Source of the DNA: Candidatus Hydrothermales bacterium | GTDB taxonomy: Bacteria; Hydrothermota; Hydrothermia; Hydrothermales; JAJRUZ01 | NCBI GenBank assembly: GCA_039630575.1 | Contig: JBCNUW010000021.1 | Coordinates: forward strand, 1-36,220 | DNA length: 36,220 bases | Reading direction: 5' to 3' | In this document: piece after piece, positions 8,610 to 17,922 of the stretch | How positions within the stretch are numbered: position 1 is the stretch's first letter | How the letters are laid out: the number at the start of each line of letters is the position of its first letter | Notes under the pieces: model-generated | Told to the model about the DNA's origin: nothing | Seen by the model: the letters and a program-made list of their open reading frames with translations, nothing else | Database searches by the model: none | Translations under genes and position numbers: made by a program

Positions 8610-9750
8610 AAATTTTATACTCATAACCTGTAAGGAGATTGGATTCCCAGAAGGAATTCTATCTTTAATCTTAGAGCCTGAATATATTGAAATAAGAAAT
8701 ATTCCTTACGAGTATGAGGGAAAAATTTCTACTTTTAGAGGTATTAAAGTGACTCACTCCCTTAAAATACCTTTCTATCTTGGACCTATTAGAATGAAGG
8801 AAAATGTAAATCTTGATGAACTAAAATTACTTTCTCTTTTTACAACGTGGCAAAGTTTCCTTTTAAATGTCCCCTTTTCTGGAATTTCCGCAGGAGTTGA
8901 AATAAACGAAACTTTCATTAAAAATAATAAAAAAAGAAGATTTTTTACAGAAAAATTTATTTCTCGTATAAATGATAATAATGTGTTTTTTTACCCTGAA
9001 ATGGGCTATGAAGAACAAGACACCTTCTTTTACAATTTTTTAGGTAAAGTTCCTGAAATGGGTGGTATTCCTCAAAGAAGAGAAATTTTAAAAAGAGGAT
9101 TAAAAATTATCCTTGATAAATTTTCTGAAATAGAAGACATAAATTTTAAAAAGAAAAGAGTTTTAATTCACGGTGCAGGAAAAATCTCCCTTCTTTTTTT
9201 TGAAATAATGAATGAAATTAATGCAGAAGTTATAGGAATATCAGACTCAAAGGGAGCTATAATTTCTGATACCATTGACTACGAGAAACTTTTATCTTTG
9301 AAAAAAGAAAAAGGTTCTGTTAAAGAATTAGATGGTAAAAGAATTACAAATGCAGAATTTGTTATAAGTGAAACTGATATACTTGTTCTTTGTGGTTCCT
9401 CAAATGTTATAAACAAAAATAATTTTGAAAAAATTAAAGCAAAAGTAATTGTTGAGGTAGCTCCATCAGGTATAAATTACGAAATTTACGAAATTCTTTT
9501 AAAAGATAAAAAAGTTTTACCTGACATGATAATAGGATTACCTATTAATCTTATAAATTCCCTTGAAGCATTAAGGAGGTATTCACCTTTATTTTCTGGC
9601 GAAGATATTAAATATTATGAAGATAATTTAAAAAATATTTTCTCAGATATCTACGCCTTTAGCGTGGCAAAGAATAAATCTTTAAGACTTTCAGCCCAAA
9701 TGATTTCTCTATACAGATTTGGTCGCTTTTTATCCCACAGAGGTATATGA
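8593..9750 (+). CDS. Glu/Leu/Phe/Val dehydrogenase-fold protein with a degenerate active site
   Basis: The GDH scaffold is recognisable (TFRG...H, GK...GG...R, VLIHGAGKI, IGISDSKGAI, DILVLC, IKAKVIVE, LPD), but the conserved Lys motifs are replaced. Confidence 0.75.
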   Translation: MLEEYKNFILITCKEIGFPEGILSLILEPEYIEIRNIPYEYEGKISTFRGIKVTHSLKIPFYLGPIRMKENVNLDELKLLSLFTTWQSFLLNVPFSGISAGVEINETFIKNNKKRRFFTEKFISRINDNNVFFYPEMGYEEQDTFFYNFLGKVPEMGGIPQRREILKRGLKIILDKFSEIEDINFKKKRVLIHGAGKISLLFFEIMNEINAEVIGISDSKGAIISDTIDYEKLLSLKKEKGSVKELDGKRITNAEFVISETDILVLCGSSNVINKNNFEKIKAKVIVEVAPSGINYEIYEILLKDKKVLPDMIIGLPINLINSLEALRRYSPLFSGEDIKYYEDNLKNIFSDIYAFSVAKNKSLRLSAQMISLYRFGRFLSHRGI

Positions 9751-12155
9751 TATTGTTCATTTTCTTTAAAATCTATATTCTCTCACCTTTTCAAGTAGGT
9801 CAAAGAGAAAATTTCGTTGATTTTCTACTACCTAAAGGAGAGGAAAATTACATAATCTCCCCTAAAGATACCTTTTACTCCACACTTTCTAAAAACGGAA
9901 AAATTTTTTGGAAAGAGGCTATGATTGATGAGGAAGGATATATAAAAATTAATGTCGATACAATAGAGATTAAAAGACACTACAATCACCATGGTTTTAG
10001 TTTTATGGCACTAAGTTACATCTATATAGATACTTTCTTAAATGAAGGTTTTTATCTTTTATTTCCAGAAAGAATTCATAGATTTTACATAGATTCAAAT
10101 TTTTTTTACGGTAACCCTTACCACTATTCTAATTTTCCAATTCCTCTTTATTTAAAAGAAAAAAGATACAGAATCCTTCTTGTTACTCATGAGATTGATG
10201 GAAAAGTTAGATTAAGATTTTTAAGAGCTCCAAATTTTCCCTTCATATATAAGGATCTTTCTGTTTTGCCTGACATAATAAAAGATTCGACCTATGATTT
10301 TCATATTGGATTCTGCATTATAAATCCAACTGATATAGTATATGAGAATTTAGTCATAAAGGCTTATGCAGATAATTTGGAATCAGAAAAAAAGATAATT
10401 AAAAATCTTTTACCTTTTGAAATTCTTTATGAAGATATGAAATTTAGGATTTTGAATAAAAATTTTAATAATAAAAAAATTTTAATTTCTCTATCATTAG
10501 AAGGAAAAGATTTTGATACAATAACTAATCTCTATCTTGACATAAAAACAAAGGATGAACCGATCAAAATAACCTTTAAATCAAAAATAGACAACTCTAT
10601 ACAATACTTTTCAGTTCTATTTCCTAAATTTAAGGGAAATTATAAAAAAGGTACTTTATTTACTCTACACGGTGCTGGTGTTGAAGCCTCTGATTTTATA
10701 AAAGCTTATAGACAGAAAGATTCTTTCTTTATCGTAGCTCCTACAAACAGGAGACCCTATGGTTTTGACTGGCAAGATTTAGGAATGCTTGATTTCCTTG
10801 AGGTCATGAATTTAGTCAAAAATAGCTTTGATGTTGATACGAATAAGTTTTACTTAAAGGGTCACTCAATGGGCGGTCATGGTGTTTATTTTCTTGGGTT
10901 TCATTTTGCAGATAAATTTGCTGGCTTAATACCATCAGCTGGCTGGGTTTCCTTTAGAACCTATGTCCCCTACACTCTACAAAGGATAAATTTATTTGGT
11001 AACCCTGAACAGATAAAAATAAGAGAAAAAATTCTATATTCTGAAGATATACAAAAATTTTTAAGAAACGCTTTAAATCTACCTATTTTTATAATACATG
11101 GAAGTGAAGACAAAATTGTTCCTGTTTTTCATTCAAGGTTTATGTTTTCTTTGCTTAAAGAAAATAAAGTAAAGGTTAAATTTCATGAGGTAGAGAATAT
11201 GGGACATTGGTGGGACATAGAAGAGACAGAAGGGATCGATTGTGTAGATTCAGATTCAGTTATGAATTTTATAAAAGGCATTAAAAAAATTTTACCTGAT
11301 TCCTTTGAGTTTCATTTTTCTGATTTAGGTTTAAGAAATACTTTTTATTTTTTAAAAATACATGAACCAGAAAAATTTTTTTATCCTGGATACATAAAAT
11401 TTAAAAGAAAAGATAAAGAAATTTTTATTAATACTAAAAATATATTAGTTTTTGAGATCGATTTATCTATCTTTGATTTTGATAAATTTAATCTTCATTT
11501 AGACGGAAAAAATTTTGTTTTTAAGGGTAAAAGTAAACTTGTTTTTGTAAAGAAAAAAGAATGGGAAGTCTTAAGTGAATATAAAGTAAAGGGAAGAAAA
11601 AGAGGTTTTAATAATCCAGGTCTTATAAAAAATATTTTGAGAAGGGGAATTTTAATAATCTTTGAAAGTAAAGATAAAAATTCTTCTTTTTTAAATTTTC
11701 ATTTCGCAAGAAATCTCTCTTTCTTTCTTTTAACAAGGGCAAACATGAAAGTAAAAATAATACCAGATACGCTTTTTGATAAAAGGTTTTTACTAACTCA
11801 TAATATAATTTTAGTTGGAAAAAGAGAAAACTTTAGTAAAAATGTTAAAGATTTGATTGATAGTGTTCCGTGGTATGTTTTTGAAAAAAATAATATTTTA
11901 AATAATCTTTTGATCTTTGTATACCCTGTTTGCTATTTTAACTGCGATAAGATGGTTCTTTTTGTAAGTTACTCTGATGTTAACGATTTAAAGGAAGCTC
12001 TAAGAATACCTCTTTTTGTCTCAGGGATTGGACTTCCAGATGGAATTTTTATGAAAAGTAGATTTGCTTTAAGAGAAAAAGGATTTAGTGGATTAGGCTA
12101 CTTTCTCTTTAATAACAGTTTCACAGATTTTGAAGAGGTTGCCTTTCCAGATTAG
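9747..12155 (+). CDS. Multidomain alpha/beta hydrolase (prolyl oligopeptidase/esterase-like), probably exported
   Basis: LHGAG oxyanion motif, GHSMGG nucleophile elbow, HGSEDKIVP (Asp) and MGHWW (His); ATGA overlap with the upstream stop. Confidence 0.8.
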   Translation: MILFIFFKIYILSPFQVGQRENFVDFLLPKGEENYIISPKDTFYSTLSKNGKIFWKEAMIDEEGYIKINVDTIEIKRHYNHHGFSFMALSYIYIDTFLNEGFYLLFPERIHRFYIDSNFFYGNPYHYSNFPIPLYLKEKRYRILLVTHEIDGKVRLRFLRAPNFPFIYKDLSVLPDIIKDSTYDFHIGFCIINPTDIVYENLVIKAYADNLESEKKIIKNLLPFEILYEDMKFRILNKNFNNKKILISLSLEGKDFDTITNLYLDIKTKDEPIKITFKSKIDNSIQYFSVLFPKFKGNYKKGTLFTLHGAGVEASDFIKAYRQKDSFFIVAPTNRRPYGFDWQDLGMLDFLEVMNLVKNSFDVDTNKFYLKGHSMGGHGVYFLGFHFADKFAGLIPSAGWVSFRTYVPYTLQRINLFGNPEQIKIREKILYSEDIQKFLRNALNLPIFIIHGSEDKIVPVFHSRFMFSLLKENKVKVKFHEVENMGHWWDIEETEGIDCVDSDSVMNFIKGIKKILPDSFEFHFSDLGLRNTFYFLKIHEPEKFFYPGYIKFKRKDKEIFINTKNILVFEIDLSIFDFDKFNLHLDGKNFVFKGKSKLVFVKKKEWEVLSEYKVKGRKRGFNNPGLIKNILRRGILIIFESKDKNSSFLNFHFARNLSFFLLTRANMKVKIIPDTLFDKRFLLTHNIILVGKRENFSKNVKDLIDSVPWYVFEKNNILNNLLIFVYPVCYFNCDKMVLFVSYSDVNDLKEALRIPLFVSGIGLPDGIFMKSRFALREKGFSGLGYFLFNNSFTDFEEVAFPD

Positions 12156-12172
12156 TTAGATTAAAATAAATT

Positions 12173-12700
12173 ATGATAACCTCAACAACAGTTCTCGGAA
12201 TTTTAAAGGACGGAAAGGCGGTTATTGGAGCTGATGGACAAGTTACTTTTGGAGATACTGTTTTAAAGCATAAAGCAAAAAAAGTTACAAAAATATATAA
12301 CGATGAGGTTTTAGTAGGTTTTGCTGGTTCTGTTGCAGATGCCTATACCTTGTTCGAGAATCTTGAGAAGAGTTTAAAAGAGTATAAAGGAGACATTCTT
12401 AGAGCATCAGTAGAGTTAGCAAGAAGGTGGAGAACAGACAAATTTTTAAGAAGACTTGAAGCCCTTCTTGCTGTATTAAACAGAGAAAAAGCACTTATAA
12501 TATCAGGTGGAGGAGAAGTTGTTGAACCTGAATACGGTATAGTTGCAATTGGATCAGGTGCTGCCTACGCAAGAGCAGCTGCCTATGCTCTCCTTAAAAA
12601 TACAAATCTAAGCCCAAGAGAGATAGTTGAAGAGTCCCTAAAGATTGCTGCTGAAATTTGTATATATACAAATGAAAACTTTACAATACTTGAACTATGA
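12173..12700 (+). CDS. hslV: ATP-dependent protease subunit HslV (ClpQ)
   Basis: TTVL after a short MITS propeptide, ADGQVT, GFAGSVADA, WRTDKFLRRLEALL, AIGSG and ICIYTN. Confidence 0.96.
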   Translation: MITSTTVLGILKDGKAVIGADGQVTFGDTVLKHKAKKVTKIYNDEVLVGFAGSVADAYTLFENLEKSLKEYKGDILRASVELARRWRTDKFLRRLEALLAVLNREKALIISGGGEVVEPEYGIVAIGSGAAYARAAAYALLKNTNLSPREIVEESLKIAAEICIYTNENFTILEL

Positions 12701-13338
12701 AAGATAAAGATGAATTAAGTTTTCAGAAATTTCTTGATTTTATAAAAGAAAAAGATTCTGAAAAATTGGAAAAGGAAAAACCACATAAAAAGGAAAAAAG
12801 TAAAAGGAAAGTAAAAGAAATAGAAAGAAAAGATATTGAAAAAATAGAAGAAAGAGAAATTGCCCCACTTTCAGAAGAACTAAAACCCTCTGATTTAATA
12901 GAAGTTGAGGCTGTTCTAGAGGAAGAAATGGAGGAGTATTTAATTTTTAAGGTTAGTGATGAAAGCTATGCTGTTTATACCTATCAAGCAACAGAGGTTG
13001 TAACTGGTTTGGAAATAATTGAGACGCTTGATCTTCCTGATTATGCTTTAGGTATGACTAATTTTAGAAATTTGATGGTTCCTGTCCTCTCTTTTTCAAA
13101 GTTACTTTGTATTGATATGGAGAGAGAACCCTATTCCTTTCTTTTTATTGAAAAGGAAAAAAAAGAGCATTTTTTTATAAGAATAGGGCAAGTAAGAGGT
13201 ATTTTTAAGAAAAGGGACGTAAAACTTCTTGAAGTTCCATTTAACCTTGATAAGGAAATTGTTAGAAAAATTATTTTGATTGATAAAGAGTTGATACCTT
13301 TGATTGATATTAATAAATTAATCGAAAAGAGGAAATAA
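12697..13338 (+). CDS. CheW-like domain protein with a long K/E-rich N-terminal extension
   Basis: The C-terminal ~135 aa (YLIFKV..E.YAV, PDYALGMTNFRNLMVPVL, LIPLIDINKL) resemble CheW. Confidence 0.75.
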   Translation: MKDKDELSFQKFLDFIKEKDSEKLEKEKPHKKEKSKRKVKEIERKDIEKIEEREIAPLSEELKPSDLIEVEAVLEEEMEEYLIFKVSDESYAVYTYQATEVVTGLEIIETLDLPDYALGMTNFRNLMVPVLSFSKLLCIDMEREPYSFLFIEKEKKEHFFIRIGQVRGIFKKRDVKLLEVPFNLDKEIVRKIILIDKELIPLIDINKLIEKRK

Positions 13339-13341
13339 AGC

Positions 13342-14061
13342 TTGAAAGAGATATTACTTGGGTTGTTCCAAGGATTAACAGAATTTTTACCTGTTTCATC
13401 TTCTGGTCATCTTCTTTTGTTGCAGGAAATTTTAGGTTTTAACATAAAGGGTATAGGAATTGAGACACTATTACACCTTGCCACTTTTTTTTCAGTTGTT
13501 GTTTACTTTAGAAATAGGTTATTAGATTATTATAGAAAAAATTTTCTAAAAGTAATAATAGGGATATTACCAGCAGGTATTTTCGCTCTTTTTTTTAGGG
13601 AGAAAATTGAGTATTTTTTTGAAAATGCTTCTCTTTTATTCATTTTCTTTTTTTTAAATGGTTTTTATCTTCTACTTTCCGTTTTAAAAGAAGGAAACAG
13701 TGCCGTTGACATAAAAAAGGCTTTTATAATAGGTCTTTTTCAAATTTTTGCACTTTTACCTGGCATATCAAGATCTGGATTTACAATTACAACTGGTATT
13801 TTATTAAAAGTAGGTTCAAGGGAAAGTTTTGAGTTTTCTTTCTATATGTATTTACCACTTGTGCTTGGAGCTTTTTTAATTGAAATTGATGATTTAAGCA
13901 ATTTAAAAATTTTACCATCAATTTTTTCTTTTATTTTAGCTTTTTTGTCAGGACTTTTTGCACTTTATATTCTTGAGGGTTCATTAAAAAAGAAATATTT
14001 TCCATATTTCGGTATATATACTATAGTTATTTCCATACTTTGTTTTTTTACTTTAAGATAA
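13342..14061 (+). CDS. uppP: Undecaprenyl-diphosphate phosphatase (BacA/UppP)
   Basis: QGLTEFLPVSSSGHL and ALLPGISRSG motifs; multiple transmembrane segments; TTG start. Confidence 0.95.
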   Translation: MKEILLGLFQGLTEFLPVSSSGHLLLLQEILGFNIKGIGIETLLHLATFFSVVVYFRNRLLDYYRKNFLKVIIGILPAGIFALFFREKIEYFFENASLLFIFFFLNGFYLLLSVLKEGNSAVDIKKAFIIGLFQIFALLPGISRSGFTITTGILLKVGSRESFEFSFYMYLPLVLGAFLIEIDDLSNLKILPSIFSFILAFLSGLFALYILEGSLKKKYFPYFGIYTIVISILCFFTLR

Positions 14062-14067
14062 ATTGAT

Positions 14068-15342
14068 ATGAATTTTTTAGAAGCAAATTTATTCCTTGAA
14101 TCTCTTATAAATTACGAGAAAAAAAATATAAAGGGAGAATTTGATTTTGAAAGGTTTTTGAGAGATTTAAATGAATTTGGTAATCCACAATTTTATCTTA
14201 AAAACCCTTGTATAATAGCTGGTACAAAGGGAAAAGGAAGCACTGCCCATCATATTGTTTCTGGTCTTATACAAAAAGGCTATAAAAATGTAGGTCTTTA
14301 TACATCTCCCCATGTTATGGATGTAAGAGAAAGAATAAGAATAGGAAATGACTTTATATCTGAGAAAGATTTTGTATTTTATGTTTCAAAAATAAAAGAA
14401 AAGATTGAAAAAAAGGTTTTTTTAACATACTTTGAGGCTTTAACAGTGATTGCATTTTTATACTTTAAAGATAGAAATACAGATTTTAATATTCTTGAAA
14501 TAGGACTTGGAGGAAGACTTGATGCTGTGAATTCTTGCCCAACTGATTTTTCCATAATTACACCTATAAGTTATGATCATGAACAGATTTTAGGGAACAC
14601 TTTATCAAAAATTGCCTATGAGAAAAGTTTTGTTATAAAGGGTAAAAATACGATAATTTCACCTCAACCACGAGAGGTTCTTGATGTTTTAACTCAAAGG
14701 GCAAAAAAGGTAAAAAGCGAGGTATATCTTATTTCATTAAAAATTCCATTTAAAATAAGGGAAACTTCTATAAATGGAACTTCTTTTAAGATATATTTTG
14801 ATAACAGATGGCATGAAGTTTTTACTAAACTGATTGGAGATTTTCAAGCAATAAACGGAGCTTGTGCATTTATATACCTTTATCTTATGGGAATTAAAAA
14901 CTATGAATTTACTGAATTTAAAATTTTTGGTAGGTTTGAAAAAATTCATGAAAATCCTTTTTTTATTGTTGATGGTGCCCATAATCCCATATCAGTCTCT
15001 GCTGTTGTAAGAAATGTTAAAAACATAATTAAAAAATCACCTGATTTTCTTATTTTTGGATCAAATAAAGATAAAAATATAGGAAAGATGCTTAAAATTT
15101 TAGAAAGACTTGAACCTAAAAATCTTGTATTAACTCAATCACACATACCAAGAAGAGAAGATCCTAAAGTTATCTATGAAATGGCAAAAAATTTAAATTT
15201 TAAAAAAATAGTAACCTTTGAAGATGCCTACAAAGCTTTTAATTTTTGCTTTGAAAATTCAAATTCAAATTCATTCATACTTTTAGTTGGTTCCTTTTAC
15301 CTTGTTGAACTTGCAAAGAAATTTATGAGTTCTTTTATATAA
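14068..15342 (+). CDS. folC: Folylpolyglutamate synthase/dihydrofolate synthase
   Basis: AGTKGKGST, YTSPH...ERI, EIGLGGRLDA, DH..ILG.TL..IA.EK, DGAHN and GSFYL. Confidence 0.93.
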   Translation: MNFLEANLFLESLINYEKKNIKGEFDFERFLRDLNEFGNPQFYLKNPCIIAGTKGKGSTAHHIVSGLIQKGYKNVGLYTSPHVMDVRERIRIGNDFISEKDFVFYVSKIKEKIEKKVFLTYFEALTVIAFLYFKDRNTDFNILEIGLGGRLDAVNSCPTDFSIITPISYDHEQILGNTLSKIAYEKSFVIKGKNTIISPQPREVLDVLTQRAKKVKSEVYLISLKIPFKIRETSINGTSFKIYFDNRWHEVFTKLIGDFQAINGACAFIYLYLMGIKNYEFTEFKIFGRFEKIHENPFFIVDGAHNPISVSAVVRNVKNIIKKSPDFLIFGSNKDKNIGKMLKILERLEPKNLVLTQSHIPRREDPKVIYEMAKNLNFKKIVTFEDAYKAFNFCFENSNSNSFILLVGSFYLVELAKKFMSSFI

Positions 15343-15348
15343 TATAAA

Positions 15349-17922
15349 ATGTTATACAAGAAACTTGGTAAATACGAAATTCTAAAATGGTTAGGAGGAG
15401 GAACCTTTGGAGATGTTTATCTTGTAAAAGACACTTTGATTGATAAACTCTTTGCAATAAAAGTTCCAAGGATAAGAAAGGAAGAATGGGAGATTCTAAA
15501 AAGAGAAGCTAAAGTTTTATCTGAACTTTTGCACGAAAATATTGTTAGATTTTATTCAGTTGACATAATAGATAACAATCTCATAATGACGATGGAATAC
15601 ATAGAAGGAGTCTCACTTAGGAATCTGATAAAGTCTGCTCCTGTTGAGGAGGATTTAGTTTTAAAAATTTTTAAAAAAGTCCTTCTTGCCCTTTCATATG
15701 CTCACACAAAGGGATTTCTTCATAGAGATTTAAAACCTGAAAACATACTTTTAACATCTGATTTTGAACCAAAAATTTCAGATTTTGGACTTGCCCTTAT
15801 TTTTCAGGAAAAAATGAGTGGTAATGTTGTTGGAACACCCCTTTACCTTGCACCTGAAGGTTGGAGAGGGAACTATTCAGAAAGAACTGATATATTTGCT
15901 ATTGGATGTATGATGTATGAATGTTTTGCGGGATTTCCACCCTTTCATGGCAAAACCTTTGAAGAAATAAGAGAAAAAATAAAAAAGGGAAGTTATAAAA
16001 AACTTACCGAAAATGTAAGTGAAAACACAAGAAAAGTTATAGAAAGGGCAATAGATCCTGACCCTGAAAAAAGATTTAAAACAGCAAAGGAAATGTATGA
16101 ATCACTCGAGGAAGGATTGAAAGTAACATACGTGCCACTAATAGATGTAAAAATAGGAGATAAGAGAAAAAATATAATTGATGACTTGACAGATGAGCAA
16201 AAAGATGCTGTAACTACAGAAGAAAGGTTTGTTCTTGTTATTGGTGGTGCAGGAACTGGTAAGACAACTTGTTTGATAAGAAGGGCCTCTTATCTTATTG
16301 AAGTTAAAAATTTTGAACCAGAGGAAATCATAATCACAACTTTTACAGGTAAAGGAATAGATGAAATAAAATCACGATTATTACTTTTTCTTTCAAAAAA
16401 AAATTACTTGTCGTTAAATGTTTCAACTTTGCATAATTTGGGTTTACAGGTTCTTTATACCGGTGGGTCGAGAATTGGATTTAAGATGGAAGAAGCAAAA
16501 GTTATTTCAAGGAGTGAGAGTTTTCAGATAATTAGAAATAATTTCACTGATCTTTCTCAAGTTGAACTCGAAGAAATAATTAAAACTATTTCAATTTCCA
16601 AAATAAATTTACTTGCTCCTGATGACTTATTAAGATCTGATTTTGTTTGGCTAAGAAAATGTGGTTTTATTTATAAAAGATATTCGGAAATTTTAAGGGA
16701 AAATAATTTATTAGATTATGATGATTTAATATTTTATTCTAATTTAATCCTTGATAAGTATGATGATATAAAGGAGAGATTTTCAGAAAATATTAGGTGT
16801 TTACTTATTGATGAATTTCAGGATTTAAGTTATGGTGAGGTATCACTTTTAAAGAAATTGAGAGAAAAAGGTGGGTATTTATTTGCAACAGGTGATCCAG
16901 ACCAAGCTATTTACGGCTTTAAAGGAGCCTCAACGGAATATATAGAAAATTTCGAGAGATACTTTGAAAATCCAAAAATATATTATCTTACAAAATCTTT
17001 TAGAATACCAGAGCATATTTATGATGCTGGTTTAAAGATTCTCTCCAGAATAAAAAGAAGAAAAGAGATTTTCTTTACACCTGCTGAAAAAAAGGGAGAA
17101 AGGATTTTTGTTTTTCACGCTGAAGATGAAAAGGAAGAAGCGAAATTTGTCTCTAAAGAGATAAAGTTATTACTTTCTCAAGGTATTAAGGAGGAGAAAA
17201 TAGCTGTTTTGTCTAGATTTTCTTACTATTTAAAAAACATACAGGAAGTACTTAAAAAAGAAAATATCCCTTTTAATGTTCAAGGTAAATCAAGATTTTA
17301 TATGAAAAGTATAATTAAAGCTTTAAACAGCTATCTTGAATCTGTCCAGTTTGGTAGAAAAAATGCTCTCAAGAAGACTATAAAGTATTTTTTAGGAGAC
17401 AAGAAGATAAGTGATGATATTTTAAAGTTATGGAAAACTCATCAAAAGGAAAAATTTTTAAAAACTCCTTTTGAAATAGTTGACGAGTTTCTTGAAAAAA
17501 TTAATTTTTATGATTTTTTAAAAAATTTGCCTCCAGATCAGGAAAAAGAGGAAAGAGAATCCTTAGATGAATATTTTTTCCTTTTAAAAGAGTATAAAGC
17601 TAAAGAGATAAAAAAATTTTTAGATTCTTTTTCAATTTTAGAGAGTCTTGAAACAGATTCAAGGGAAGGAGGTGTTTTTCTTTCAACAATTCATGGTGCA
17701 AAAGGTCTTGAATTTGATGTAGTATTTATAACTGGTATGGCTGAATCAATTCTCCCAAGTGTTCAAAGCTTATCAAAAAGAAAAGAATTAGATGAAGAAA
17801 GAAGACTTTTTTATGTGGCACTTACAAGAAGTTGTGAAAAAATTTTCATAACAAGACCTAAAGTTAGAGCAGGAAAGAAACTCTTGCCCTCCAGATTTAT
17901 TGAGGAGATGATCATTCTGTGA
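15349..17922 (+). CDS. Fusion of an N-terminal Hanks-type Ser/Thr protein kinase and a C-terminal UvrD/PcrA/Rep-family SF1 helicase
   Basis: Kinase: LGGGTFGDV, AIK, HRDLKPEN, DFG, GTPLYLAPE, DIFAIG. Helicase: LTDEQ, GGAGTGKT, DEFQD, GDPDQAIYGFKGA, STIHGAKGLEF, EERRLFYVALTR. Single uninterrupted ORF. Confidence 0.92.
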   Translation: MLYKKLGKYEILKWLGGGTFGDVYLVKDTLIDKLFAIKVPRIRKEEWEILKREAKVLSELLHENIVRFYSVDIIDNNLIMTMEYIEGVSLRNLIKSAPVEEDLVLKIFKKVLLALSYAHTKGFLHRDLKPENILLTSDFEPKISDFGLALIFQEKMSGNVVGTPLYLAPEGWRGNYSERTDIFAIGCMMYECFAGFPPFHGKTFEEIREKIKKGSYKKLTENVSENTRKVIERAIDPDPEKRFKTAKEMYESLEEGLKVTYVPLIDVKIGDKRKNIIDDLTDEQKDAVTTEERFVLVIGGAGTGKTTCLIRRASYLIEVKNFEPEEIIITTFTGKGIDEIKSRLLLFLSKKNYLSLNVSTLHNLGLQVLYTGGSRIGFKMEEAKVISRSESFQIIRNNFTDLSQVELEEIIKTISISKINLLAPDDLLRSDFVWLRKCGFIYKRYSEILRENNLLDYDDLIFYSNLILDKYDDIKERFSENIRCLLIDEFQDLSYGEVSLLKKLREKGGYLFATGDPDQAIYGFKGASTEYIENFERYFENPKIYYLTKSFRIPEHIYDAGLKILSRIKRRKEIFFTPAEKKGERIFVFHAEDEKEEAKFVSKEIKLLLSQGIKEEKIAVLSRFSYYLKNIQEVLKKENIPFNVQGKSRFYMKSIIKALNSYLESVQFGRKNALKKTIKYFLGDKKISDDILKLWKTHQKEKFLKTPFEIVDEFLEKINFYDFLKNLPPDQEKEERESLDEYFFLLKEYKAKEIKKFLDSFSILESLETDSREGGVFLSTIHGAKGLEFDVVFITGMAESILPSVQSLSKRKELDEERRLFYVALTRSCEKIFITRPKVRAGKKLLPSRFIEEMIIL

